Positions 1 to 11,982 of a stretch of 38,771 nucleotides of DNA are shown piece by piece; the stretch's first letter is position 1; each line of letters begins with the position of its first letter. The notes under the pieces are model-generated. The model did no database searches. It saw nothing but the letters and a program-made list of their open reading frames with translations, and had not been told where the DNA came from. The position numbers and the translations under genes were made by a program. This DNA is from Chiloscyllium plagiosum (Eukaryota): NCBI RefSeq assembly GCF_004010195.1, contig NC_057720.1, forward strand, positions 9,716,930 through 9,755,700, written 5' to 3'.

Positions 1-97
1 CAAGTGGGATTAGGTTGGGTTGAGTTATCTGGTCGGCATGGAATGGGTTGGACTGAAGAGACTGTTTCAGTGCTGTACATATCTATGACTCTGATTC
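1..97 (+). mobile_element. CR1 LINE 3' end fragment
   Basis: 3'UTR ...gtttcagtgctgtacatatctatgactctgattcta matches the other CR1 tails in the window (e.g. 9330-9420). Confidence 0.75.
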
Positions 98-299
98 TAT
101 GGGACAAGTGCTGGAAAATGGGATAAGTGGAGATTTAACATGGTTTTATCAGCGCGGACTCAATGGGCAAAGGGCTGATTCTAGGCCCAGGCTCATGAAG
201 GAGAGGGGACAGGGAGGGATCCAAATCCTGCCATGACAGGTAAAGGAATCCAGAACAAAATCTGGTATTGAAAGTCAGTCTCAGTCATAATAAAATGAT

Positions 300-506
300 T
301 ATGTGGAGGTACTGGTGTTGGACTGGGTTGGACAAAGTCAGAAGTCACATGACATCAGGTTGTAGCCTCACAGGTTCATTTGAAATCACAAGTTTTCAAT
401 GTGCTGCTCCTTCGTCAGGTGACCTGACAAAGGAGCAGCGCTCCAAAAGCTTGCGATTTCAAATAAACCTGCTGGGCTAGAACATGGTGTCGTGTGACTT
501 CTGACA
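300..506. mobile_element. Short palindromic Penelope-derived element (family A) with two degenerate hammerhead motifs back to back
   Basis: Inverted arms (agaagtcacatgacatcagg ... atggtgtcgtgtgacttct). Central tcacctgacgaaggagcagc on - and acctgacaaaggagcagcgctccaaaagctt on +. Homologous to 5704-5818, 16932-17120 and 19144-19332. Confidence 0.7.
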
Positions 507-1676
507 TGCAACGATTGAGAGTTTTAAAATCTAAGGAGTTGTTGGACTGGCAGTCACTACACGTCACTGAGAGCAGTGGTGAAAGGACTTGGAGCAATTT
601 AGAATAATGGGCAGCCACATTGTCGAGGAGCTGGTGATTTCAAAAGGGAGAACTGACAAGCTCAGCATTGGGATAGAGGGATCAGGAGGTAACAAAGGAA
701 TAGGCAATGTGAAATATAATCACCAAGATTGAAAATCTGATTCCTAATGCCTCTCTTTACCTGACGGCAAAGTCAACCCACTTAACTGGGAAAAAAAACG
801 CGCAAAGCTTATCTCACAATTGCATGACCAAGGAACCAGCATAACTTAACGTCAAGACTCATTTAGTGAATCATTTGTCAGCTCCCTAAATCATTTTCAG
901 CTATTTACATAGAATTCGTTGAGATTATTCACAATAGCTTCAGCAATATTAGTTCATTCCATAAAAGGAGCCCAAAGCTACTGGGGTGGGGGAAGAATCG
1001 AGGACGGAGCAGCTGACAATCCTGCAATCCCCACAGCCCTGCTTTCCAAGTGGCTGGTGAGGTTAGATATGAGACAGAGGTCAAAGAGATGGCGTTCCAA
1101 TTGGAGAATAGCTATTTGAAGCAATTTTCGCATTTGCATTCCGAGTATTGGCCGTATTATTGAAATGGAGGTGGAAACGCGTAGAATTTGTCGAACATGA
1201 ATCTGAGTCATTCAATGAGGGTATTGGAAACTGTCTTCCTATTATTGCTTTCCTTTGGAGCAACGAATAAATATAAGGAAGAATGATTAATGATGTCGGA
1301 CCCAGTTGCGAGCATCACAGACTCGCGTCTTCTATTATTTTTGTAAACATGTCAAACTCCATTTAGCAAATAAGCAGAAGAAAATGTCGCAAGTATGGTC
1401 TTCATATTACAAACAAGGTGTGGAAGTGCTGGAGAATGTACAGCAATGATTCACAAGCATTACTTCAAAACTGTGAGCTTATAGTTCTCAAAAATAACCA
1501 AACAGGTTTGAAAACAGAATGCTGATCAACAACTTTATAATTCTGAGCGGGAGTCATAAGGAAGATACATGGAGGGACTATCTTATGAGGAGAGGTTGAG
1601 TAGTGTTGAATTTAGAAGAATAAGAGATGACCTCATTAAAGCAGATAAGATTCTTCGGCAGGGTAGATGGGGAAAG

Positions 1677-1904
1677 TAAAACAGAAATTGCTGGAAAAGC
1701 TCAGCAGGTCTGGCAGCATCTGTGGAGAGAAATCAGAGTTAACGTTTTGGGTCAAGTGACCCTTCTTCAGAACTGAGGGTTCCACCTGAAATGTTAATTT
1801 GAATTTCTCTTCTCAGATGCTGCCAGACCTGCTGAGCTTTTCCAGCAACCTCTCTTTTGTTGTTTCTGGGTTACAGCATCCACTGTACTTTTGGTTTTTA
1901 CTTC
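1677..1904. mobile_element. Short palindromic Penelope-derived element (family B) with 11-bp TSD
   Basis: TSD gatggggaaag at 1666-1676 and 1905-1915. Inverted arms ttgctggaaaagctcagcaggtctggcagcatctg / cagatgctgccagacctgctgagcttttccagcaa. Hammerhead-like ctgaaga-agggtc-actt-gaccc-aaaacgtt on - strand. Confidence 0.8.
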
Positions 1905-2088
1905 GATGGGGAAAGATTGTTTCTCCTTGTGGGAGAGTCTAGGATCATCCCAGAATAAGGGGTTATATATTTAAGACAGAGATGAGAAGAAATTTCTTTT
2001 CTCAGAAAGTTCGCAAGTTTTGAGAAAATTTGTAACTCAAGCTCAGGCTCTGGATGTAGGTTTGCTCGCTGAGCTGGAAGGTTCATTT

Positions 2089-2128
2089 TCAGACGTTTCG
2101 TCACCATACTAGGTATCGTCTTCAGTGA
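2089..2128 (-). ncRNA. Minimal type I hammerhead ribozyme motif (PLE-associated)
   Basis: Minus strand reads TCA-CTGAAGA-C-GATACC-TAGTAT-GGTGAC-GAAAC-GTC-TGA: stem I TCA/TGA, CUGANGA core, stem II (one mismatch), GAAA, GUC cleavage triplet. Confidence 0.65.
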
Positions 2129-2199
2129 GCCTCCGGACGAAGGAAACCCAAACATGTAAATAGAAAGCAGGAAACACCAGCAGTGCTTTGTCTGGAGGC

Positions 2200-2239
2200 T
2201 CACTGAAGATGTTACCTAGTATGGTGATGAAACATCTGA
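2200..2239 (+). ncRNA. Minimal type I hammerhead ribozyme motif (inverted copy, CpG-decayed)
   Basis: TCA-CTGAAGA-T-GTTACC-TAGTAT-GGTGAT-GAAAC-ATC-TGA. Confidence 0.55.
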
Positions 2240-3879
2240 AAATGAACCTTCCAGCTCAGCGAGCAAACTTACATCTCTCAGAAAGTAGTGAATCTGTGGG
2301 TCATTAAGTACATTCACAGCTGAGATAGATAGATTTTTAATCAGTGAGGGGATCAAGAGTTATGGGGGAATAGTAGGAAAGTGGAGTTGAGGATTATCAA
2401 ATCAGCCATGATCCCAGTGAACATAGAGCAAACTCAATGAACTGCATGATCCACATCTACTTATGGCGTTAAATGGGGAATTGCAAAACTAAGGGTTATA
2501 AACATGACTTAATCATTAATAAATCCAATAGGAAATCAATAAAACTTTGGAAGGAATATTAAACCTAGTAAATATACAGGTTTGGGATGGACTAGAGGAT
2601 AAAACATTGAAATCCTGAATCCTGACTCCACGTCTGGTGTCACACAGAGGAGAATTGAGTGACCGATGTACAGCAGGGAAGAAGGCTGAAAACTGTCCCC
2701 AGCATCAGATACACACCCTGCCACCAAGCAAACCCCTTCTATCTCGCTCTCTGTTTTCCCCTCCATGACAGCCTGCAATTTTTCCACACCTATCACCCGC
2801 CCTCAACCCCACCACTGATCCGCAAATCTCTCAAAACCTCCTCCAAGACTCCAATCTCTTCCTCACTGGCCAGCAACCTTTCTTGAGGCATTCATGTTCA
2901 CTCAAGTCCCCAGTCTCCAGTTTTCTCCTGAATTGAAAGCCTCAGTTTCAGGGAAAAAAAAAAGGAGGATCAAAGAGGAAAAGCTATTAAAAACTGCCCT
3001 CTGGCCCACCAATAAAACAAAACTCCCATGTGCAAGTTAACATTTCCCATCTGTTAATGCTTATGTCTGTACAGCCTCAACACAACGGAAAGGTCCATTT
3101 ACCACGGAGAGCTGGGTCATACTTATCACAATATTCTCCACAGAAAGAATAAAAACCTCTATTTCCAACCATTATTCGTTTAGAGGTGCCACAATTAGAC
3201 GTGGCATCTTATAATTCCAGGGAACAATGAAGAAGAGCCTGAAGGTGGAATCATTATATCCAAATGAAGCTGCCAAGGGGATCGGAAAAATACAACCATG
3301 AGTTTTTGCTCCTGGAAAAATGTATGTAGCACTAAATATCCGCACAATTCCTGCTGATGATTCAAATTGGAGGAAAAGAGACAAAACTGATGGAAAATAC
3401 AGTTCCTACAGCTTTAGATATTGTGTAACTTGAAAGGCACATCAAAACTAAATTATATTTAAGAAAGAGATCTATCCCGCTGTTGATTTGGTTCTGCATT
3501 GATTTTATTTCTCAGTGTGCTGTTTATTATGGATCGAATCAAACTAGATTGCTACAGCATGAAATTATATTTACCACCCCTGCCTATTCCACTGTGATGT
3601 GTTCTAAATGAACAACTCCTGGCCCAGGTCTCTCAGTTACTTACCAACATCAGCCATGTTACCACTGTCAGTAGCAGAGAACTGAGGAACTTAAACTATG
3701 TGATGAATTTAAGAGTGACAAAACAACAGGGAATTTTACACAACACTTAGAGGGAAAGTTACGATTTCAGAAATTGCTTATGCTTCAAATGAAGAAAATA
3801 ATGACTTGCTTTAATGTGGTACCATAAAACCCCAGAATTCTTACAGGGCAGAAGGAGGCCACTTGGCTCATCTTGAATG

Positions 3880-4040
3880 GGAGGTTGCAGTTTTAGGATA
3901 AAGGGTAGCAGATTAAAATGGAGATGAGGAGAAATGGCTTCTCTTAAAGGGTCATGGATCTGTAGAGTTCACCACCTCAGAGTACAATGGATGCTGGGAC
4001 TTTGGGTAAATTTAAGGAGGTGATACAGATTTTTAATTAG
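3880..4040 (+). mobile_element. CR1 LINE fragment
   Basis: ttttaggataaagggtagcagattaaaatggagatgaggagaaatggcttctctt resembles the CR1 ORF2 end (KG.RFKTEMRRNFFSQRV). Confidence 0.6.
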
Positions 4041-4046
4041 CAACAC

Positions 4047-5136
4047 AACGCAGTGGCTCAGTGGTTAGCACTGCTGCCTCACAGGGGCAGGGACTCAAGT
4101 TTTATTCCAGCCTCGGGTGACTGTATGAAGTTTGCACATTCTCCCCGTGTTTGCTCCAGTTTCCTCCCACAATCTAAAGACGTGCAGGCTAGATGGATTG
4201 TTGAAGAGTGTGATGTTGGAAAAACACAGCTGGTCAGGAAGCATCCGAGGAGCAGGAGAGTCGACATTTCAAGCATAAGCTCTTCACCAGGAATGAGGGG
4301 TTGGCCCAAAGGGATTGACAGATGAATGGGAGAGGGGTGAGACTTGTGGAAAGATAGCTGGGAATGCAATAGCTAGATGAAGGTGGGGATGATGGTGATA
4401 GGCAAGGGAAGAGGGTGGGAAGGAAAATGGACAGGTCATGAGGATGGTGCCAAGTTGGAAGGTTGGAACTAGGATAAAGTGAGGGGAGGGGAAATGAGGA
4501 AACTGGTGAAATACACATTGATCCCGTGTAGTTGGAGGGTCCCAAGTCAGAAGATGAGGCAGTCTTCCTCCAGGTGTCGGGTGGTGAGAGTTTGGTGGTG
4601 GAGGAGGCCCAGAACTTGCATGTCCTTGGACATGCAAGGGGGACATGTAAGAGGGGGAGTTGAAGTGGTCAGCCACAGGGCAGTTGGGTTGTTGGATGCG
4701 TGTGTCCCAGAGATGCTTTCTGAAACGTTCCACAAATTGATGTCCTGCCTCCCCCAACCTTATTGCAGATCCAACCTCGCCCCCCCATGCCCCACCCTCC
4801 CCCATTTATCTTTCAGACCCCTTAGGCCACCCCCTCATTCCTGATGAAGAGCTTATGCCTGAAATGTCAATTCTGCTCCTCGGATGCTGCCTGACCGGCT
4901 GTGCTTTTCCAGCAACACACACTTTGACTCTGATCTGCAGTCCTCACTTTCTGCAAGGTTAGGTGGATTGGCCATACTAATTTGCCCATGGTGTCTGGGG
5001 ATATATAGGTAAGGTGGATTAGCCATAAGAAATGCAAGGAGAGGGTAAGAAGGTGAGACTGGGTGAGATGATCTTCAAAAAGTTGGTGTGGACATGCTGG
5101 GCTGAATGTCCTGTTTCCACACTGGAGGGATTCTAT
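4047..5136 (+). mobile_element. HE1-type tRNA-derived SINE split by a Penelope insertion
   Basis: Head cagtggctcagtggttagcactgctgcctcacag. Body resumes at ~4952 (gcaaggttaggtggattggcc), with CR1-like tail cctgtttccacactggagggattcta. Confidence 0.8.
4201..4951 (-). mobile_element. 5'-truncated Penelope-like element: GIY-YIG endonuclease C-terminus and 3' end, with inverted terminal copy
   Basis: Minus ORFs give LGEAGHQFVERFRKHLWDTRIQQPNCPVADHFNSPS and MQVLGLLHHQTLTTRHLEEDCLIF, typical of PLE endonucleases. The terminal repeat occurs inverted at both ends (4201-4295 and ~4830-4950). Diverged TSD gcaggctagatggattg / gcaaggttaggtggattg. Confidence 0.85.
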
Positions 5137-5367
5137 GGAACAGAGTAGAGGGTTATTGGAGAGCAGGCTAGAAAGTGGAGTTGAGACCTGCATGATAGTA
5201 TCAAATGGCAGAGCAGGCTTGAGGGGCTGAATGGCCTACCCCGGTCCTATTTCACACGTGTCCCAGCTGCTTCTCTGCGACAGCAGCTTAATTTGTTCTG
5301 CTCGTGAATTATTTTGTGTCATAAATTGTTTTCTCTACAGGCAATTATGCAATTTCCTATTGAAAGA

Positions 5368-5628
5368 TACAGGGCATAGCTTTAAATCAAGGGGTGGTAG
5401 GAAAAGGACAGATGTTAGGGGTAGATTCTTTACTCAGTGAGTCGTGAGTTCATGGAATGCCCTGCCAGTAGCAGTGGTGGACTCTCCCTCTTTATGGGCA
5501 TTTAAACGGGCATTGGATAGGCATATGGAGGATAGTGGGCTAGTGTAGGTTAGGTGGGCTTGGATCGGCGCAACATCGAGGGCCGAAGGGCCTGTACTGC
5601 GCTGTATTCTTCTATGTTCTATGTTCTA
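5368..5628 (+). mobile_element. Young CR1 3' end with (TTCTATG)n tail
   Basis: GHSFKSRGGRKRTDVRGRFFTQ followed by a ttctatgttctatgttcta tail. Nearly identical to 17711-17975. Confidence 0.85.
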
Positions 5629-5703
5629 TTAGAATCTGCTTCCACCACACTCTCAGGCAGTGCATTTCAGACTCCAATCACTTTGAATTACACAGAACAA
5701 AAA

Positions 5704-5818
5704 TAAACAAACCACCTGATGAAGGAGCGTCGCTCCGAAAGCTGGTGCTCCCAAACAAACCTGTTGGACTATAACCAGGTGTTGTGTGATTTTTTTTAAC
5801 AACACTGGCATCTCCAAA
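5704..5818 (+). mobile_element. Penelope-derived fragment (family A) with hammerhead motif and 12-bp TSD
   Basis: TSD acagaacaaaaa at 5692-5703 and 5819-5830. CAC-CTGATGA-A-GGAGC-GTC-GCTCC-GAAA-GC-TG-GTG at 5713-5747. Confidence 0.8.
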
Positions 5819-5949
5819 ACAGAACAAAAAACATTTCTTACCCCATCTAGTCTGTACCACAAAAAATGTTCTAAATCTATAATAGGCCCACCCTCCAGCA
5901 CTCGGCCCTTAGCCTGAATGATTGCCCAGGCCAGCTGGTTGCCTTAAAC

Positions 5950-6372
5950 ATAATATTCTCATGGTGCTATTGGCTCTTTAGCAAAAGACCTTACATTGGT
6001 GTCCTCTGGTTCTTGACCTTTCCACAGTGGAAGCCGTTTCTCCATATCTACTCTTTCCATACCTCTCATGACTTTGAATACCTTTATCAAACCCCCCTCT
6101 GCACCTTCTTCTCTCAGGAATAGTAGAGTCATAGAGTCATAGAGTTGTATAGCATGGAAACAGACCCTTTTGTCCAACTCATCCATGCCAACCAGATATA
6201 TAAATTAATCTTGTCCCTTTCCCAGCATTTGGCTATTCTTATTCATTCATATACCCATCCAGATGCTCTTTAAATGCTGCAATTGTACAGCTTCCACCAC
6301 TTTCTCTGGCAGCTCATTCCATGCACATATCACCCTCTGTGTGAAAAAGTTGTTCCTTAGGTCCCTTTTATA
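5950..6372 (-). mobile_element. Two CR1 3' fragments (an older one at 5950-6120 and a younger one at 6122-6372)
   Basis: Minus ORF GLIKVFKVMRGMERVDMEK. The tail tagagtcatagagtcatagag is the reverse complement of a CR1 3' microsatellite. Confidence 0.75.
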
Positions 6373-6556
6373 GAATCATAGAATCCCTTCAGTGTGGAAA
6401 CAGGCCCTTCAGCCCAACAAGTCCACACTGACTGTCTAAACAGTAACCCACTACCCAACCATGGAATTAAATGCAATGGTTTGAAAAGAGGATTAAATGA
6501 CCCATTTAATTGTAAATGAAGGTAGATTTTGATATAAAACTCAATGGTACATTCTG

Positions 6557-6952
6557 CTCCACTTGAAAAGGAAAGCACAAAGATTTTGTAAAGATTGATA
6601 AAGCGCTGGAGGTGAACTACTTGGTCAGTTGCTGAAGAGTATGTTCAACAGAAGCTGTCTGATCACAGGGTGCTAAGGCATGTAACGTCTTGTAATGCAT
6701 TTGTGAAGAATGTGTGTATTGTATTGTGAACTGGGATTCCTACTGAATCTAGTACTCCACTTGAAAAGGAAAGCACAAAGATTTTGTAAAGATCGATAAA
6801 GCGCTGGAGGTGAACTACTTGGTCAGTTGCTGAAGAGTATGTTCAACAGAAGCTGTCTGCTCACAGGGTGCTAAGGCATGTAACGTCTTGTAATGCATTT
6901 GTGAAGAATGTGTGTATTGTATTGTGAACTGGGATTCCTACTGAATCTAGTA
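6557..6952. repeat. 198-bp direct tandem duplication (2 copies)
   Basis: 6557-6754 is repeated at 6755-6952 with two substitutions (gattgata/gatcgata; tctgatcac/tctgctcac). Confidence 0.95.
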
Positions 6953-8118
6953 AATACATTAGTGTTGATTTTGGGCTCATATTTCTCATGATCCTTGTAC
7001 CTAAATCATACAGTAACCTGTCAAGGTTAGAAATTTAAAACATATGCATCTAAGTATATTTAATTACGCATTTTCTAAATCCCTTAATACATCATCCTAT
7101 CTTTAGAGTCCTACAATTATTTATAACATCAAAAAATTGCTTGGACTCTCCCTGCCCTCCATGTTTGATTCACAATTGCCTAATTCAGGTTTGAGATATT
7201 TTCTAAAGACACGTTAAACAACCTTTTGTATCAATTGCAATATTCATTCGCTGTTCCTTCAATTATTTCTTCTTTAGTTTCCTTCTCACCTTCTCATCAC
7301 ACCTCATTTCTATCCAGAACACACTTCCTTTACTTGCCTTAAAATAGCCTTGAGCCATTTAAATTTTATTTTGTGTTCTATTCTTATCTAGCGTTTCCGA
7401 ATTAATGTCCCCTAAGGCTTTATGCAAGGCTCCTAAGTTTCCTCCCCTGAAGGCTTGTACTAACATATTATTGTTTTCAGTCTTACTCACACAACATGTT
7501 CACATTGAACTGATCAAGGTTGTCTCTGTATACTCAATAATACTAAATGTGTTGTGCACTAATTAGCTCTGGTGGATCACAATTCTGCTTGAATAATTCT
7601 AACTCTTGTATGAAGAAACATTTTTGAATGAATTAGTAAACTATTAATATTTACCTCTTTCCCAACTATCTTTCCCAAATTTTATCCCTCTAACATACTG
7701 ATTTGTCACTATCTCAATTAGCATTTCTGCAGCAATCATTCACAAACTATTATTTTGTTGTACATAAGTCACCTCCTTTCTGTCAATGCTTGCTTACGTC
7801 TTTGACAGTACCTGCCAGTTTTGTGGGTTTCTCTGTCTGGGAGTGCAAGGGCAGCAGATACATGGCAATGTCATGAACTGCAAGTCCCCCTCCAAGCCAT
7901 GCACCATTCTGACATGGAACTTTACCATCTTCCAGTCACTGCCACTCAATCAAAATCCTGGGTGTCCCATCCTAACAGCATTGTGTGTGTTTGTACACTG
8001 CATGGGCTACAATAACTCAGGAAGGCAGATCACCACTATTCCCCAGTGTCAGGTAGGGAGGGACAATAAATGTTGGCCCATACAGCACTACCCTCATCTG
8101 GAAAAGAAACTCAACCAT

Positions 8119-8456
8119 AGGGCGACGCAGTCATTCGGTACTTCACACAGTTGTCTCACAGCGCCAGGGACCCAGGTTCAATACCACCCTTGGGTGACTG
8201 GCTGTGTGGAGTTTGCACATTCTCCCCATGGCTGCACCCTCCAGGTGCTCCGGTTTCCTCCTACAATCCAAAAATGTGCAGGTAAGTTGGATTGGCCATG
8301 CTAACTTGCCCACAGTGTCCAGGGATGTGCAGGCTAAGTGGGTTAGTCATGAACAATGTGGGTTACGGGGGTGTGGGCCTGGGTGGGATGTCCTTTTGAG
8401 GGGTGGTACGGACTCAATGAACCGAACAGCCTGCTTCCAAATGATAGGGATTCTCT
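8119..8456 (+). mobile_element. HE1-type SINE (diverged)
   Basis: tcacagcgccagggacccaggttcaatacc ... gtgtggagtttgcacattctcccc ... agggattctctgat. Confidence 0.8.
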
Positions 8457-8789
8457 GATCAGCTTTATTCACTCTTTCAATAGGCATTGCACCAACACAT
8501 TTTGTAAGAATGTAACGTTGCCTGGTCTATCTTGGCCAATCTCAGCGGGTGAGTGGAAGCACTGGATGTTTCAAAGTGAGAGATACCCCAACATTCATGA
8601 CTATGGAAAAGGCTGAAATGAACCAAATGATTCTTTCCTGCACCTCAAATTCACTTCTTCAAAATATTCCTTAGCCCTCATTTCTGAAGAGAAATGTGCA
8701 ATGTTAGTCCATTTCCAAAGCTGACCATATTATCTTGTGGTCTGAAACATTAGGAGAACGCGACGTCATGGTGCATAGTAGCCATGATA

Positions 8790-9560
8790 ATGGACAGTAA
8801 TCTTATGGATAAGGTCCAAACTCCATTATGGCAACTGGTGGAATTTATGTTCAATTCATACTTATGGAGTATAAAGTCAGCCTAGTATTGATGAACGTGA
8901 TAGTTATCATCAATTGTTAAAGCCTATCTGATTCATTAATGTTCTTTTGTGAAGGATATCTGCTGTAGGTTTGAACTATAGGGAGAGGCTGAATGGGCTG
9001 GGATTGTTTTCTCTGGAGCATCAGAGGCTGAGGTGATCTTATAGAGGCTTACAAAAACATGAGGGGCATGGATAGGGTAAATAGTCAAGGTTTCTTTTCC
9101 CCAGGGTGGGGGAGTCAAGAACTAGAGGCTATAGGCTTAAGGTGAGAGGTCATAGATTTAAAAGGGACTTAAGGGGCAACTTTTTCACACAGAGGGTGAT
9201 GCGTGCATGGAATGAGCTACAGAGGAAGTGGTGGAGGCTGGTACAATTACAACATTTAAAAGGCACCTGGATGGGTACAGGAATAGGAAGGGTTTAGAGG
9301 GATAAGGACCAAATGCTGGCAAATGGGACTAGGTTTATTTAGGATATCTGGTCAGCATGGACAAGTTGGACCAAAGGGTCTGTTTTGATGCTGTATATCC
9401 CTATGATGCTATGACTCTATTCTTACCCAGTCTGGATGACATGTAATTCCAGACCCACAGCATTATGGTTCACTCTGAAATAGCCTAATTCATCACTCAG
9501 TTCAAGGGCAATCAGGAATGAGCAATATATACTGGCCTTGTCAGTAATGCCTGCAATCCT
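8790..9560 (+). mobile_element. Deu-domain SINE (SacSINE1-like) interrupted by a CR1 3' fragment (~8968-9420)
   Basis: The SINE core atctgattcattaatgttcttttgtgaaggatatctgc resumes at tcttacccagtctggatgacatgtaattccagacccacagc. The insert encodes GESRTRGYRLKVRGHRFKRDLRGNFFTQRV. Confidence 0.75.
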
Positions 9561-10638
9561 AAAGAAAATGACAATACTGTTCTCTATCTATACGCCAGTT
9601 CTCTCGCTTAATCTCATCAAGAAGCATTCGATTAAGGAATCTCAAAACGTGAAGGTACAATCATATCCTCCAGTTCTATCTTAGGCTAGTCAAAGGCTTG
9701 TAACAAACGTATGTTACAATGTATTTCTGTGTTACACTAACGCTACACTGCTGCAATGTCCTAGTCACATGCAATCTCTGTCAGAATCTAACTTATTGCA
9801 ATTAGGGTGTTACTTACCAAAACAATTGAAATCCCTCTGGTAAAATACTGATTACAAGTAGCACAGGAAATGCAGTATGATTTGTGGCACGTTTTCTCAT
9901 CATTTCATTTCAACAGCAGCTAAAAATATCCCAGTCATTTCTTTTGGTGCATTACAACTGGAATCAAATGAAATTAAACCAAATTTTAATGAATGCTCAA
10001 CGTTGAAATGAAATGAGTAACAAGATCTTTGTGGCCAATGTCTCTACGATATATGTATAAAGTTACTTACTCGCAAGTGTAATAGAACGAATCCACGGAG
10101 AGCAATACGTATCTAACTACCTTTAATTCATTCTCTCACAAGCATTTAATAGGTGGAAGAAAACCCAAGTCAATCAGGAAAAAAACAAAATTACGGAAAA
10201 TTTCTCTCCAAGTCCCTGAGGTGATCAGAATTTAACCATCAAATGTACCATTATAAAGAAAATACTTTTTAAAGAGTGTGTTCATTGCACAAAGTTTGGA
10301 AAGAAAGGGACATATCCAAACATTGAGCCACATGCCTTTGTTCTTTCTCATTATTGTTTTGTCAAAGTAGTCTGTAATGAAAGACAAATAAACCGAAACC
10401 TACGATTCCTATCACTGTCTCCAATCAATGTGATTTTCCTTTGCAAAGAAAAACGTGCATGGTTTATGCATCTGTTAAATTGAAAAAAAGACAGCAGCAT
10501 TTTGTGGGTTTAAATAAAGAAAATTATTTGTTTACACATTCACCCTGAATATGCTAAACCTGTTTTTCTAATCAACCTGGTCAGAGAGCAGCTCCAACCT
10601 CTGGAGCAGCTGGGATTTAACCTGAAAGTCTAAATGCT

Positions 10639-10855
10639 GCACACACACACACTCACACTCATTCACACACACCACTCATTCACTTACACACACACACGCA
10701 CACACACCACTCACTCACTTACACACTCACACACATGCACACGCGCACACACACCACTCACTCACTTACACACACACACACTCATTCACACACACCACTC
10801 ACTTACACACTCACGCACACGCGCACGCGCACATACACTCACACACACACACACG
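10639..10855. repeat. Compound (CA)n/(CACT) microsatellite
   Basis: cacacacacactcacactcattcacacacaccactcactcactt..., with a repeating cacacaccactcactcactta subunit. Confidence 0.95.
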
Positions 10856-10919
10856 CTACAATGAATGAGAATAGTGTCAGTTTGACAATTAGAAGCCAAA
10901 AGAAAATTTCATAGCTCAC

Positions 10920-11092
10920 GTAAATAAAAACATAAAGATGCTGTAAATCAGAAACCAAAACAGAAGGTGCTGGAAAACTTCAGCAGGTCTGGCAGTTCTG
11001 AGGAAAAGCTTCAGAACCCGAAACATTAACTCTGATTTCTCTTCACAAGTGCTGCCAGATCTGCTGAGCTTTTACAGCAGTTTCTGCTTTTG
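10920..11092. mobile_element. Palindromic Penelope-derived element (family B)
   Basis: TSD tttcatagc(t/g)cac at 10907-10919 and 11093-11105. Arms are homologous to 1677-1904. Degenerate ctgagga...ccgaaacatt. Confidence 0.75.
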
Positions 11093-11819
11093 TTTCATAG
11101 CGCACATGTTTAACTCATTGTAGAATTATTACAGACATTGTTGGTGTGGTAAGATCATATCAACGCACACTCGATCTTTTTCAGTTTTAACTTAATTCAT
11201 CACATTGAGATCCAATAAGTTTGTCAATATTATTTAAATAATATTTATACAGGGTCCAGGAGTGTGCCAATATTTTGAGGCAGTAGGGAGCATCCCCAAG
11301 GAAGTGTATATGTTTAATTCATGGCAAACTTGGAAACAGCTATTCAGACCTTCCAGCCTGTTCCGCTGTTTAATTTGATCATGGGCTGAACCGTATATGA
11401 ACTACATTTCACCTGCTTTTTCGATATTTCAGATCTGGAGCCTGACAACAACACAGTAAAGGCTGTTGGAGAGGAGAAGGAGGTCAGAAGAGAAATGGTT
11501 ATTGATCTCCTCAGTCTGTGATGCTAGAGACCAATATTTACAAGAAGTCCCCAGAAATGCATTACAAAAAGGCTCATGTCTTTTCAGCTGCAATGCCACT
11601 GGGAAAAGCACAGCTGATGGCAAAGATAATTGCAACCATACCCATTCCCTTGCAACATGTGTTTGTGTCTCAGCTCTAACATTGATGTCCCAGCACAGCC
11701 CATCAAAAGGAGCAATGACAAAGAGGACACCTTCTCTCCCCATCAAAGCCTGCATTCATACAAGTTGCTTGAGATGGCAAGAGATCCAGTTGAGTGAATA
11801 AAGTCTCCATTGTCCCAAT

Positions 11820-11982
11820 CTCTCATTAGAGAGAGATGACCATTGGTGATTCAACCTGAGGGTCATCACGCCCCAAGTGAGCGAGAGGTTGAGAAAGAGA
11901 GTCCTTCAAGGGGTTGAGCCAACACACTGTTGGCCTCACTCTGCATTGCAGACCAGCTGGCTGGCCAACTGAGCTAACCAAC
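11820..11982 (-). mobile_element. tRNA-headed SINE fragment
   Basis: The minus strand starts ggttagctcagttggccagccagctgg (Pol III A-box-like) and continues into a SINE-like body gtgatgaccctcaggttgaatcacca. Confidence 0.55.

Larger units (their letters stand above)
2011..2275. mobile_element. Palindromic Penelope-derived element (family C) with two hammerhead motifs and 11-bp TSD
   Basis: TSD tctcagaaagt at 2000-2010 and 2276-2286. Inverted arms of ~85 bp (about 2053-2141 and 2187-2275). Confidence 0.8.
1390..2460 (+). mobile_element. Old CR1 LINE 3' fragment(s) interrupted by two PLE-derived insertions
   Basis: Degenerate CR1 ORF2 C-terminal sequence (atggagggactatcttatgaggagaggttgag; gagatgagaagaaatttc) and 3'UTR (gatcccagtgaacatagagcaaactcaatgaactg). 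Confidence 0.7.

Noticed and set aside
6953..7800. AT-rich stretch as a decayed coding or viral remnant
   Set aside because: No ORF or recognisable motif on either strand, so I cannot support a call.
7786..8304. 172-aa ORF
   Set aside because: It runs through SINE-derived sequence and has no recognisable domain or splice structure.
10634..10864. His/Thr-rich ORF
   Set aside because: It is the translation of a CA microsatellite.
11950..11982. tRNA gene on the minus strand
   Set aside because: Only an A-box-like 5' part is recognisable. There is no cloverleaf, and it continues into a SINE body.
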